A DNA stretch of 64,000 nucleotides, taken from contig OZ244900.1 of NCBI GenBank assembly GCA_965221595.1, positions 3,576,982 to 3,640,981 on the forward strand, given 5' to 3'. The notes beneath the pieces are model-generated. The model was not told where the DNA came from. It did not search any database and worked only from the letters and a program-made list of their open reading frames with translations. Of the stretch, positions 19,095 to 26,618 are shown piece after piece (within the stretch, counting starts at the first letter, position 1; each line of letters starts with the position of its first letter). Source of the stretch: Vicinamibacterales bacterium. Its GTDB lineage: Bacteria > Acidobacteriota > Vicinamibacteria > Vicinamibacterales > UBA8438. The position numbers and the translations under genes are program-made.

Positions 19095-19109
19095 TGAGAT
19101 CAAGTCTCA
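19095..19109. promoter_or_regulatory. palindromic operator candidate O2: TGAGAT-caag-TCTCA
   Basis: Same motif as O1, with centres 66 bp apart. It lies just downstream of the predicted TSS. A further TCTCA occurs at 19117-21. Confidence 0.45.
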
Positions 19110-19123
19110 ATACTGGTCTCACC

Positions 19124-19162
19124 AAAGAAAAGGCCCGCCGGTGGTGACGCACCGGACGGGCC
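19124..19162 (-). terminator. rho-independent terminator (minus strand)
   Basis: Minus-strand sequence GGCCCGTCCGGTG-cgtcac-CACCGGCGGGCC forms 12 bp with one bulge, followed by TTTTCTTTGG. Confidence 0.6.
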
Positions 19163-19222
19163 GGCTGAACGCCCGGCCGCCGCACGCTGACTGCCTGCGC
19201 CAGGCGCCAGACGCGTTCAACG
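19124..19222 (-). ncRNA. candidate ~100-nt sRNA, antisense to the predicted 5' leader of the porin operon
   Basis: Minus-strand promoter: TTGCGC (19257-19252), 17 nt, TACAAT (19234-19229). Minus-strand intrinsic terminator at 19162-19124. No ORF lies between them. Confidence 0.35.
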
Positions 19223-19283
19223 CTCCTCATTGTAGGAGTCGACGTCATGGCGCGCAACACCGGGCCATCACCCGGGAGGGGTC

Positions 19284-20654
19284 ATGCCGTCGATGTCCCG
19301 TTACGCGCTGTTCGTCTTCATGGTGCCCGTTCTCGCCAGCGCCGCGCCTGTCGGAGCCGTGCCGCAGGACGGTGGTTCGGGTCCCGCCGAGTCGGGGCCG
19401 GCCGCCGGGCTGGCACCGGTCGCCGAGGGCAGCGGGGAATCGGAATCGGCCCTGGCACCGCCGCCGACGGGCGGTGAGCAGGCGACTGACATCGAGGAAC
19501 TCGAGCGGCGCATCGAGCTGCTCGCCGAGGAGGTCGAGCGGCTGCGCAGCGGCGAGCCCGAAATCGACCTGACCGACGACCGGACCCGCGCGCTCGGCCT
19601 CGCCCCGTCGGCGGCCGCCGCCTACCGCTCCGGCACCGGCGTGTCGATCGCCGGCTACGGTGAGATGCTCTATGAGAACTTTGCGTCGGGCACGACCTCC
19701 CGATTCGACTACCTGAGAGCCATCCTCTACGCAGGCTATCGCTTCAACGACAAGTTCCTCTTCAACTCCGAGATCGAGGTCGAGCATGCCAAAGAGATCT
19801 TCATGGAGTTCGCCTACGTCGACTACCTCGCCACCGACAACTTCGGCCTCCGCGCCGGCCTGCTCATGATGCCCATGGGACTGGTCAACGAGTTCCACGA
19901 GCCGACCGTCTTCATGGGCGCCGAGCGACCGGTCACCGAGCAGGTCATCATCCCGACGACCTGGCGCGAGAACGGCGGCGGCGTCTATTACGCCGGCGAC
20001 ACCGTGGCCGTCCGTGCCTACGTCGTCAACGGACTCGACGGCGCCAGGTTCTCCGCGAGCGGCGTGCGCGGCGGGCGCCAGAAGGGCGGCCAAGCCAAGG
20101 CTACCGACATGGCCTTCACCGGCCGCGTCGACATCACCCCCACCCCGGGCGTCTTCGTCGGCGCCAGCTTCTACACGGGCGGCTCCGGCCAGGGCGAGAT
20201 TGTCGTCGACGAGATCCCGTACGGCATCCGCACCTCCATCTTCGACGTCCACGCCCAGGCCCAGGTCCGTGGCTTCGACATCCGCGGCCTTTTCGCGCAG
20301 GCCCACCTGGCCGACACCGCGCGCCTCAATCAGTTCCTCGGCCTGACCGGCTCGAGCGGCGTCGGCGAGACGCTGCGCGGCGGTTACGTGCAGTTCGGCT
20401 ACGACGTTCTCTCGCAGGTCGATGCCGCCGGCGTCGGTCTCTCCCCCTACATCCGCTACGAGCGGGTCGACACACAGGCCGCCGTCGTTGCCGGCTTCAC
20501 CCGCAGCCCGTCGCAGAACAACGCCTACACGACCTTCGGCGTCGAACTCAAGCCGATCCCGAACATCGCCGTCAAGATCGACTACATGTGGGTCGACAAC
20601 GCCGTCGAGAGCGGCGTCGACCAGTTCAACGTCAACGTCGGCTACGCATTCTAG
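19284..20654 (+). CDS. outer-membrane porin-like beta-barrel with an N-terminal coiled-coil segment
   Basis: 456 aa with a GGGAGGGG SD and a signal peptide. It has the coiled segment TDIEELERRIELLAEEVERLRS and alternating beta-strand sequence ending ...FNVNVGYAF. Confidence 0.7.
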   Translation: MPSMSRYALFVFMVPVLASAAPVGAVPQDGGSGPAESGPAAGLAPVAEGSGESESALAPPPTGGEQATDIEELERRIELLAEEVERLRSGEPEIDLTDDRTRALGLAPSAAAAYRSGTGVSIAGYGEMLYENFASGTTSRFDYLRAILYAGYRFNDKFLFNSEIEVEHAKEIFMEFAYVDYLATDNFGLRAGLLMMPMGLVNEFHEPTVFMGAERPVTEQVIIPTTWRENGGGVYYAGDTVAVRAYVVNGLDGARFSASGVRGGRQKGGQAKATDMAFTGRVDITPTPGVFVGASFYTGGSGQGEIVVDEIPYGIRTSIFDVHAQAQVRGFDIRGLFAQAHLADTARLNQFLGLTGSSGVGETLRGGYVQFGYDVLSQVDAAGVGLSPYIRYERVDTQAAVVAGFTRSPSQNNAYTTFGVELKPIPNIAVKIDYMWVDNAVESGVDQFNVNVGYAF

Positions 20655-20671
20655 GGGGCATCGCAGCGGTC

Positions 20672-21247
20672 ATGAGGCACGGGATGCGCGGGACGATGGC
20701 GCGGCAGGCCGCGGCGGGCTTGCTGGCCGCGGGCGTGCTGGCTGTCGAGACGGCGTCGGCGCAGTCCGGCCTCGTGCGGCGCGAGGAAGCGCTCGCGGCT
20801 GTCTTCCCCGGCGCCACGATCGCCGCCGACCGCGTCTATCTGACGGCAACCCAGGCGCGGCGCATTGCCGAGCTGTCCGGCGACGATCTGCACACGCAGA
20901 TCTACGCCCGCTACGTGGCCCGGCGCGACGGCGTCGTCGTCGGCCGGGCGTACGTCGACACCCACGTCGTCCGAACCAAGCGCGAGAGCCTGCTCATCTC
21001 GCTGGACGCGCACGGCCGCGTGCGGCGCATCGACGTGACCGCGTTCCTCGAGCCCGCCGAGTACCTGCCGCCGGTGCGGTGGATCGAGCAGTACCACGAG
21101 CGGTCGCTGAGCGACGATCTCGCGATCATGCGGGCCATCCGCCCCATCGCCGGAGCCACGTTGACGACCCGGGCCGTCAACGCCGCAGTGCGCCGGGTGC
21201 TGGCGCTCGACCAGGTGCTGAAGGGCGACGGCTGGCCTGCCCTATGA
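20672..21247 (+). CDS. periplasmic FMN-binding (FMN_bind) domain protein
   Basis: Part of ORF 20588..21247 with a signal peptide. The segment IAGATLTTRAV matches the GAT(S/T) flavinylation motif used by ApbE on NqrC/RnfG-type domains. Confidence 0.7.
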   Translation: MRHGMRGTMARQAAAGLLAAGVLAVETASAQSGLVRREEALAAVFPGATIAADRVYLTATQARRIAELSGDDLHTQIYARYVARRDGVVVGRAYVDTHVVRTKRESLLISLDAHGRVRRIDVTAFLEPAEYLPPVRWIEQYHERSLSDDLAIMRAIRPIAGATLTTRAVNAAVRRVLALDQVLKGDGWPAL

Positions 21248-21732
21248 CCTGGTGGGAGCGCCGCGGTTTCAACGCGTCCTGCGTCGTGGTCGGCGCGACC
21301 GGCTTCGCGTACTGGTACATGAAGTACGTCCTCGTCACGGACGACCCGTTCGCGATCATCAACCACCCCTGGCAGCCGGCGATGCTGTCGATCCACCTGG
21401 TGGCGGCGACGCCGTTCGTCGCGTTCTTCGGCATGCTGTTCCGGTCGCATTCGTTCGGGAAGATCCGCTCGGCGCAACCGGCTAACCGGCGGAGCGGATG
21501 GACATCGCTGCTCGGCTTCGCCGCAATGGCCCTCAGCGGCTACTTCATCCAGGTGACGTCGTCGCCCGCGCTCATCACCGCCTGGATCTGGATCCACGTA
21601 GCCACCGGCACCCTGTTCGTCATCGGCTACGGCGTCCATCTCGTCAACCGCTGGCGGATCGGGAAGCGCCCTGCCCGGCGGGTTGCCCCGACACCGGCCG
21701 CGTTGCCCGGAGCGGCGCGCCTCGCGCCATGA
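21244..21732 (+). CDS. small 4-TM membrane protein with conserved-looking TM histidines (DUF4405-like, possible b-heme carrier)
   Basis: MTWWERRGFNASCVVVGATGFAYWYM... has four hydrophobic helices. Histidines occur in or near helices (INHPW, SIHLV, WIHVA, GVHLV). An ATGA start/stop overlap with the upstream gene indicates translational coupling. Confidence 0.65.
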   Translation: MTWWERRGFNASCVVVGATGFAYWYMKYVLVTDDPFAIINHPWQPAMLSIHLVAATPFVAFFGMLFRSHSFGKIRSAQPANRRSGWTSLLGFAAMALSGYFIQVTSSPALITAWIWIHVATGTLFVIGYGVHLVNRWRIGKRPARRVAPTPAALPGAARLAP

Positions 21733-22742
21733 AGGCGGTCGCCGCGGTCGCCAGCGTGTTCTGCCTTGCCGCGTTCGCGCAGCCGGCCGCTCCCGTGCGC
21801 GTCGAGCGCACGGTCTTCCTTATGGGCACCGCGGCCACCCTGGTCGCCGAGGCTTTCGACCGCGCAACCGGACTCGAGTACCTGGAGCGGATGGTGCGCA
21901 TCATGGAAGCCACCGAGGCGGAGCTCAGCACCTGGCGGGACGACACCGGCCTGAGCCGGCTGAACCGCCAGCCGCTCGGCGTGCCCCGTGCGGTGTCGCC
22001 GTCCGTGTGCGGCCTGCTCGACCGCCTCGCGGCGTGGCAGCAGGCTACCGCCGGCGCCTTCGATCCGGCCGTGGGGCGCCTCGTAGAAGCGTGGGGACTG
22101 CGCGCGATCGGCCGCCGCCCCGGCACCGCGGCACTCGCGAGCGCTAGGGCGCGCACCGGCCTGCAGCACCTGACGATCGATGCCGCCGCGTGCACGGTTG
22201 TCCGGCGCGCCGACGTCACGCTCGACGCCGGCGCATTCGGCAAGGGCGAGGCGCTCGACCGCGTGCGCGACGGCCTGGGCGGCCGGCGCGGCGCCTGGCT
22301 CATCGATTTCGGCGGACAGGTAGCGGTCGCGGGCGAACGGTCCGCCGGCGCCTGGCCGGTGGCCATTGCACACCCGGAGCGGCGCGCGGTGCCCGTCGCC
22401 GAGCTGCGGCTCGCCGCGGGCTCGCTGGCCACCAGCGGCGGCTCGGAGCGGAACCTCACGCTCGACGGCGGTGAGGGCATCGGCCACGTCCTCGATCCGC
22501 GCACCGGCGCGCCGGTCGGTCGACGCGGCTCGGTCGTGGTCTGGCATCGGGACGCCTTCGCGGCCGACGTCCTGTCCACGGCGCTCCACGTGATGGGACC
22601 CGACGGCGGGCTGCCCTGGGCCGCAGAGCGCGGCATCGCGGCCTGCTTCGTGCTGCCGGGCGCTGCGCCCGACGAGGTTGCGTTCCGGGCGACGCCGGCC
22701 TTCGAGAGACGCTTCGCGTTGCCGGCACCGGCGGGGCGATAG
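21729..22742 (+). CDS. apbE: FAD:protein FMN transferase (ApbE family)
   Basis: MKAVAAVASVFCLAAFAQ... then RTVFLMGT...STWRDDTGLSRLN...FDPAVG...LDAGAFGKGEALD...TSGGSER are typical of ApbE. The start overlaps the upstream stop as ATGA. Confidence 0.9.
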   Translation: MKAVAAVASVFCLAAFAQPAAPVRVERTVFLMGTAATLVAEAFDRATGLEYLERMVRIMEATEAELSTWRDDTGLSRLNRQPLGVPRAVSPSVCGLLDRLAAWQQATAGAFDPAVGRLVEAWGLRAIGRRPGTAALASARARTGLQHLTIDAAACTVVRRADVTLDAGAFGKGEALDRVRDGLGGRRGAWLIDFGGQVAVAGERSAGAWPVAIAHPERRAVPVAELRLAAGSLATSGGSERNLTLDGGEGIGHVLDPRTGAPVGRRGSVVVWHRDAFAADVLSTALHVMGPDGGLPWAAERGIAACFVLPGAAPDEVAFRATPAFERRFALPAPAGR

Positions 22743-22772
22743 CCGCGTCGCACGGCGCCTGCGCCGCGCGGC

Positions 22773-23642
22773 TCAGGCGCCAGGACCAGGCTGCGGGGCC
22801 GCCAGTTTCGCACTCAGCCGGCCCAGCTCGACGCTGCGCCGGTACGCGGCCAGGACGGCCTTCGAGATGACCGTGCGGAACGCACCCTTTTCGAGCTGGT
22901 ACAACGCGTCGGCACTGGTCCCACCGGGCGACGTGACGAGGTTGCGCATCTCAGCGGGATGCACCGTCGACCGCTCGGCGAAGTGCGCCGATCCGCGGAT
23001 GGTCTGCACGACGAGCCCACGCGCATCGGCGCGCGAAAACCCCAGGTGCACGGCGGCGTCGATGAGCGCCTCCATCAGCAGGAAAACGTAGGCCGGCCCG
23101 GTGCCGCTGATGGCGGTGGCCATGTCGAGGAAGTGCTCGTCGTCGACATGGAGCTCATGCCCGAGCGCCGCGACCACCGCCCGCGCCTGCTCGCGCTGCG
23201 CTGACGACACCTCCGCGGTGGCTGTCCACACCGTCATCCCTTCGCCGACCTGCGCCGGCGTGTTCGGCATGGTCCGCACGATGGCGCGATGTTGCGTCCC
23301 GGCCTCGATCGACGCGATGGTGGTGCCCGCCACGATGGACAGCACCAGCGCGTCCGGCCGGACCTGGCCGCCGATGTCGGCAAACACGGCCGGCAGCACC
23401 TGGGGCTTGACGGCCAGAACGACCACCGCGCCCTGCCGCGCAGCGGCACCGTTGTCGCGGGTGGTCCGTATCCCCAACCGGCCGCGCAGCTCGTCGAGCC
23501 GCTCGCCGTGCTTGTCGCTGGCCGTGATGTGTTGGGGGCTGAGCTGATGACGCGAGAGCAGGCCGCCGATCATCGCCTCGGCCATCGCCCCCGCGCCGAT
23601 GAATGCCAGCTCCAGGTTCTCGAGTGCGTGCGTATTCGTCAC
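22773..23642 (-). CDS. proC: pyrroline-5-carboxylate reductase
   Basis: 289 aa with Rossmann motif AFIGAGAMAEAMIGGLL and C-terminal motif VTSPGGTSADAL. Confidence 0.9.
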   Translation of the reverse strand: MTNTHALENLELAFIGAGAMAEAMIGGLLSRHQLSPQHITASDKHGERLDELRGRLGIRTTRDNGAAARQGAVVVLAVKPQVLPAVFADIGGQVRPDALVLSIVAGTTIASIEAGTQHRAIVRTMPNTPAQVGEGMTVWTATAEVSSAQREQARAVVAALGHELHVDDEHFLDMATAISGTGPAYVFLLMEALIDAAVHLGFSRADARGLVVQTIRGSAHFAERSTVHPAEMRNLVTSPGGTSADALYQLEKGAFRTVISKAVLAAYRRSVELGRLSAKLAAPQPGPGA

Positions 23643-23695
23643 GGTGTCCCTTGTCTGGCCGCCGCGGAACGGCCGGCCGTGGGTATTCTAGTGCG

Positions 23696-24802
23696 GTGGA
23701 CCCGATTGCCCATACGCTCGTGGGGGCCAGCCTCGCCCGGACGCCGCTCGGGCGGCTCACGGCACTGGCCACGCCGACGCTCATCCTGGGAGCCAACGCG
23801 CCCGACATCGACGCGGTCACCATGTTCATCGACCGCGATCTGTCCCTGGGTTTTCGCCGCGGCTGGACGCACGGCGCGCTGGCGCTCGTGGTGCTGCCGC
23901 TGCTGCTGACGGGGCTCATCTGCCTGCTCGACCGCGGCAGCGCGCGCATCCGCGGGCGGCCGCCCCGCGCGCGGCCGGGCCCGCTGTTGGCCCTGGCGTA
24001 CCTCGGAGTCGCCTCCCACCCCGCGCTCGACTGGCTGAACACCTACGGTGTCCGCTTCCTGATGCCGTTCGACGGGCGCTGGTTCTACGGCGATGCGCTG
24101 TTCATCGGCGACCCGTGGATCTGGCTGCTCGCGGGCGCGGGCGTGGTGGCCGGCGCGGCGCGGTCGCGGGCCGGCACCGCGGGCTGGCTGGCCCTCGGGG
24201 CGACCCTGACCACGCTCATCGTGGTCGTCGGGAACGCGCCGCTCCCGGTGATTCTGCTGTGGCTGGCGGGCCTCGTCGCGCTGGCCGCGCTGCAGGCGCG
24301 CGACCTCTCGCCGCGACAGACGGGCCGGCTGGCGACCGCCTGCCTCGCCGCCGCCGCCGTGTACATGTCCGCAATGGCGGGTGCGTCGCGGCTGGCCGTG
24401 CTGCAGGTGGCCGACTGGCTGGAGGCGCGCGGCGCCCCGTTCGTCGACATCATGGCCGGCCCGTTGCCGACCAACCCGTTCGTCCGTGACGTGGTCGTGG
24501 CCGATGCGGACCACTACCACTTCCTCGAACTCGACTGGCTCCGCGCCGATCCGATCCGCGTGGGTAGCCCGGCGCTGCGGCGCGGGCGGGGCGATCCGAT
24601 CGTGGCCGCCGCGCTGCGCGCGCCGCACGTGCAGGGGATTCGCACGTGGCTGCGCTATCCGGTGTACACGGTCGAGGAGCTGCGCGACGGCTACCGCGTC
24701 ACCATCCGCGACGTGCGCTATACACGCCGGAGGGGGCCCCGCTTCCCGGACATCGCGGTCGAGCTCGACCGCACGCTCCGGCCGCGGCCGCCCGCGTCGT
24801 GA
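23696..24802 (+). CDS. membrane-bound metal-dependent hydrolase (YdjM/DUF457-like)
   Basis: Part of ORF 23603..24802, probable GTG start at 23696. VDPIAHTLVGASLARTPL...GANAPDIDAV is family-typical. It is polytopic. Confidence 0.65.
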   Translation: MDPIAHTLVGASLARTPLGRLTALATPTLILGANAPDIDAVTMFIDRDLSLGFRRGWTHGALALVVLPLLLTGLICLLDRGSARIRGRPPRARPGPLLALAYLGVASHPALDWLNTYGVRFLMPFDGRWFYGDALFIGDPWIWLLAGAGVVAGAARSRAGTAGWLALGATLTTLIVVVGNAPLPVILLWLAGLVALAALQARDLSPRQTGRLATACLAAAAVYMSAMAGASRLAVLQVADWLEARGAPFVDIMAGPLPTNPFVRDVVVADADHYHFLELDWLRADPIRVGSPALRRGRGDPIVAAALRAPHVQGIRTWLRYPVYTVEELRDGYRVTIRDVRYTRRRGPRFPDIAVELDRTLRPRPPAS

Positions 24803-24857
24803 GCGCTCGGCCCCTCCAGGTGCGACGCCGGGAGTTCGGGGCGCAGCCCGTCCTGAA

Positions 24858-25349
24858 TTAGTCCAGCTCCCTGGGTCGCCACAGGCCGACGAGCCGGCCG
24901 GGGGTGACCGCGCGCAGCTCGGCCCACTCGGCGAGGGGCAGCTCGATCTGCGCCAGCGCTGCCGTCGGCAGCGCCTCCGCACGCCCGCCGAGGCGGACCA
25001 CGAGCTCCTCGAGCCCCGGGTTGTGGCCCACTACGAGCACCCGCGACGCCTCGCCGCCCCGACTCCGGACGACATCGACAATCGCCTCGGGTTCGGCCAG
25101 GTAGAGCTGGCGATCCAGCTCCACCCGGCCGCGGTATCCGGACCTGTCCGCCACCTGGACGGCCGTGCTGCGCGCGCGCGCGGCCGTCGAGCTGATCATC
25201 AGCTCCGGCGTCAGCCCGCGCCGGCGCAGGAACAGCCCGACGCGGGGCGCGTCCCGGTTGCCGCGCTTGTTGAGCGGCCGATCGTGGTCGGCAAGGCCCG
25301 GATACTGCCAGCTCGACTTGGCATGGCGCAGAATCAGCAGCGTCTTCAT
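24858..25349 (-). CDS. sixA: histidine phosphatase family protein (SixA-like phosphohistidine phosphatase)
   Basis: 163 aa, MKTLLILRHAKSSW... contains the RHA catalytic motif. Confidence 0.8.
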   Translation of the reverse strand: MKTLLILRHAKSSWQYPGLADHDRPLNKRGNRDAPRVGLFLRRRGLTPELMISSTAARARSTAVQVADRSGYRGRVELDRQLYLAEPEAIVDVVRSRGGEASRVLVVGHNPGLEELVVRLGGRAEALPTAALAQIELPLAEWAELRAVTPGRLVGLWRPRELD

Positions 25350-25360
25350 GGTACGTTCGC

Positions 25361-25414
25361 GGGCACTAGTTGCCGACGGCAGGAATCGGGCACTAGTTGC
25401 CGACGGCAGGAATT
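25361..25414. repeat. 27-bp tandem duplication (2 units, 26/27 identical) in a divergent promoter region
   Basis: gggcactagttgccgacggcaggaatc followed by gggcactagttgccgacggcaggaatt. It lies between sixA (minus) and yggT (plus). Confidence 0.95.
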
Positions 25415-25454
25415 ATGTCGCGCGGCGGCCGAGAGGAACCTTTAGAATGAACGC

Positions 25455-25712
25455 GTGCCGCTCATCGCGCTGCTCATCCAGTTGCTCGATCTCTACTCGC
25501 TCGTCGTGCTTGGCGCCGTCGTGATCTCCTGGCTGCAACTGCCGCCGTCGAATCCCGTGGCGACATTCCTGCATGCGTCGACGGAACCGCTGCTGGCGCC
25601 CATCCGCAGGGTGCTGCCGGACATGGGTGGACTCGACCTCTCGCCGCTGGTTCTCCTGTTCGGTCTCCGCATGTTGCGCGGCCTGCTGCTCGCGGGCGCT
25701 CTGAGTGCTTGA
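25455..25712 (+). CDS. yggT: YggT family membrane protein
   Basis: 85 aa with a GTG start. A TAGAAT box at 25443-48 ends 6 nt upstream of the start codon, which is a leaderless geometry. Confidence 0.8.
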   Translation: MPLIALLIQLLDLYSLVVLGAVVISWLQLPPSNPVATFLHASTEPLLAPIRRVLPDMGGLDLSPLVLLFGLRMLRGLLLAGALSA

Positions 25713-25829
25713 ATGTCGGTATGATGCGCACGAGACTACGCAGTGCAACCGCGCGGACTCCTGCAGGGTTCGCCGGGCGTCAGGCGGAGCCGCGCGGCGA
25801 AGATTGGCGGTTCTGGCTGTGAGGTGGCC

Positions 25830-26615
25830 ATGTTCAGGCTCTTGGCGGTGACTGTGCTCGTCGCGGCGACGGTGGCAGCCGCCGGCGCGCAGGAAGCCGA
25901 GAATCCGTTCACCGCCGGCCCCGACCGGCGTATGGGCGAAACCAGCTTCCGAGTGCACTGCACGTTGTGCCATGGCTACGACGCAAGGGGCGGCGGGGAA
26001 ACCAACGGCCCCGACCTCACGACCGGGCGGTTCCGGCGTACCAGCACCCTGGCGGGACTCTTCGACGTGATCCGCAACGGCGTCCCGGGCACCGCCATGC
26101 TCGGAATCAACCCTGACGTGGCGGATCGCGTAGTCTGGCAGATCATCACCTACCTCGACTCGCTGACCCCGAACCCCACGGATGCGGAGCTGCCGGGCGA
26201 CGTGGGCGCCGGACGCGCCCTGTTCGCCGGCAAGGGCAACTGCGCGACCTGTCACATGGTGGACGGCACCGGCGGGCGGCTGGGCCCGGATCTTTCCCGG
26301 ATCGGGGAGCGGCGTGATCCCGACGAGCTGCGGGCCGACCTGCTGGATCCGGGCGCGGAGGTAGCGCCGCGCTGGTGGACGATGACCGTCACGCGCCCTG
26401 ACGGCTCGGTCGTCGAAGGGCTCAGAATGAGCGAGGACACCTTCACGCTGCGCCTGATCGACGCCGACGAGCAGTTGTGGTCGTTCTCCAAAGGTGCGCT
26501 GCAGTCGTTCGAACGCGTCCGCACGTCCTCGATGCCGGGCGCCGGCGGCACGCTCACGGACGCCGAGGTGGACGACCTGATCGCGTACCTGTTCTCGCTG
26601 CGGAAGGAGAGCTGA
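25830..26615 (+). CDS. di-heme c-type cytochrome
   Basis: Part of ORF 25743..26615. ATG 25830 has a GAGGTGG SD and is followed by a signal peptide. Two CxxCH motifs are present (CTLCHG and CATCHM). Confidence 0.85.
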   Translation: MFRLLAVTVLVAATVAAAGAQEAENPFTAGPDRRMGETSFRVHCTLCHGYDARGGGETNGPDLTTGRFRRTSTLAGLFDVIRNGVPGTAMLGINPDVADRVVWQIITYLDSLTPNPTDAELPGDVGAGRALFAGKGNCATCHMVDGTGGRLGPDLSRIGERRDPDELRADLLDPGAEVAPRWWTMTVTRPDGSVVEGLRMSEDTFTLRLIDADEQLWSFSKGALQSFERVRTSSMPGAGGTLTDAEVDDLIAYLFSLRKES

Positions 26616-26618
26616 CTC

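Noticed and set aside
25361-25414. The tandem repeat as a CRISPR array or minisatellite
   Set aside because: There are only two units with no spacers, and no cas genes are present. I treated it as a simple duplication.
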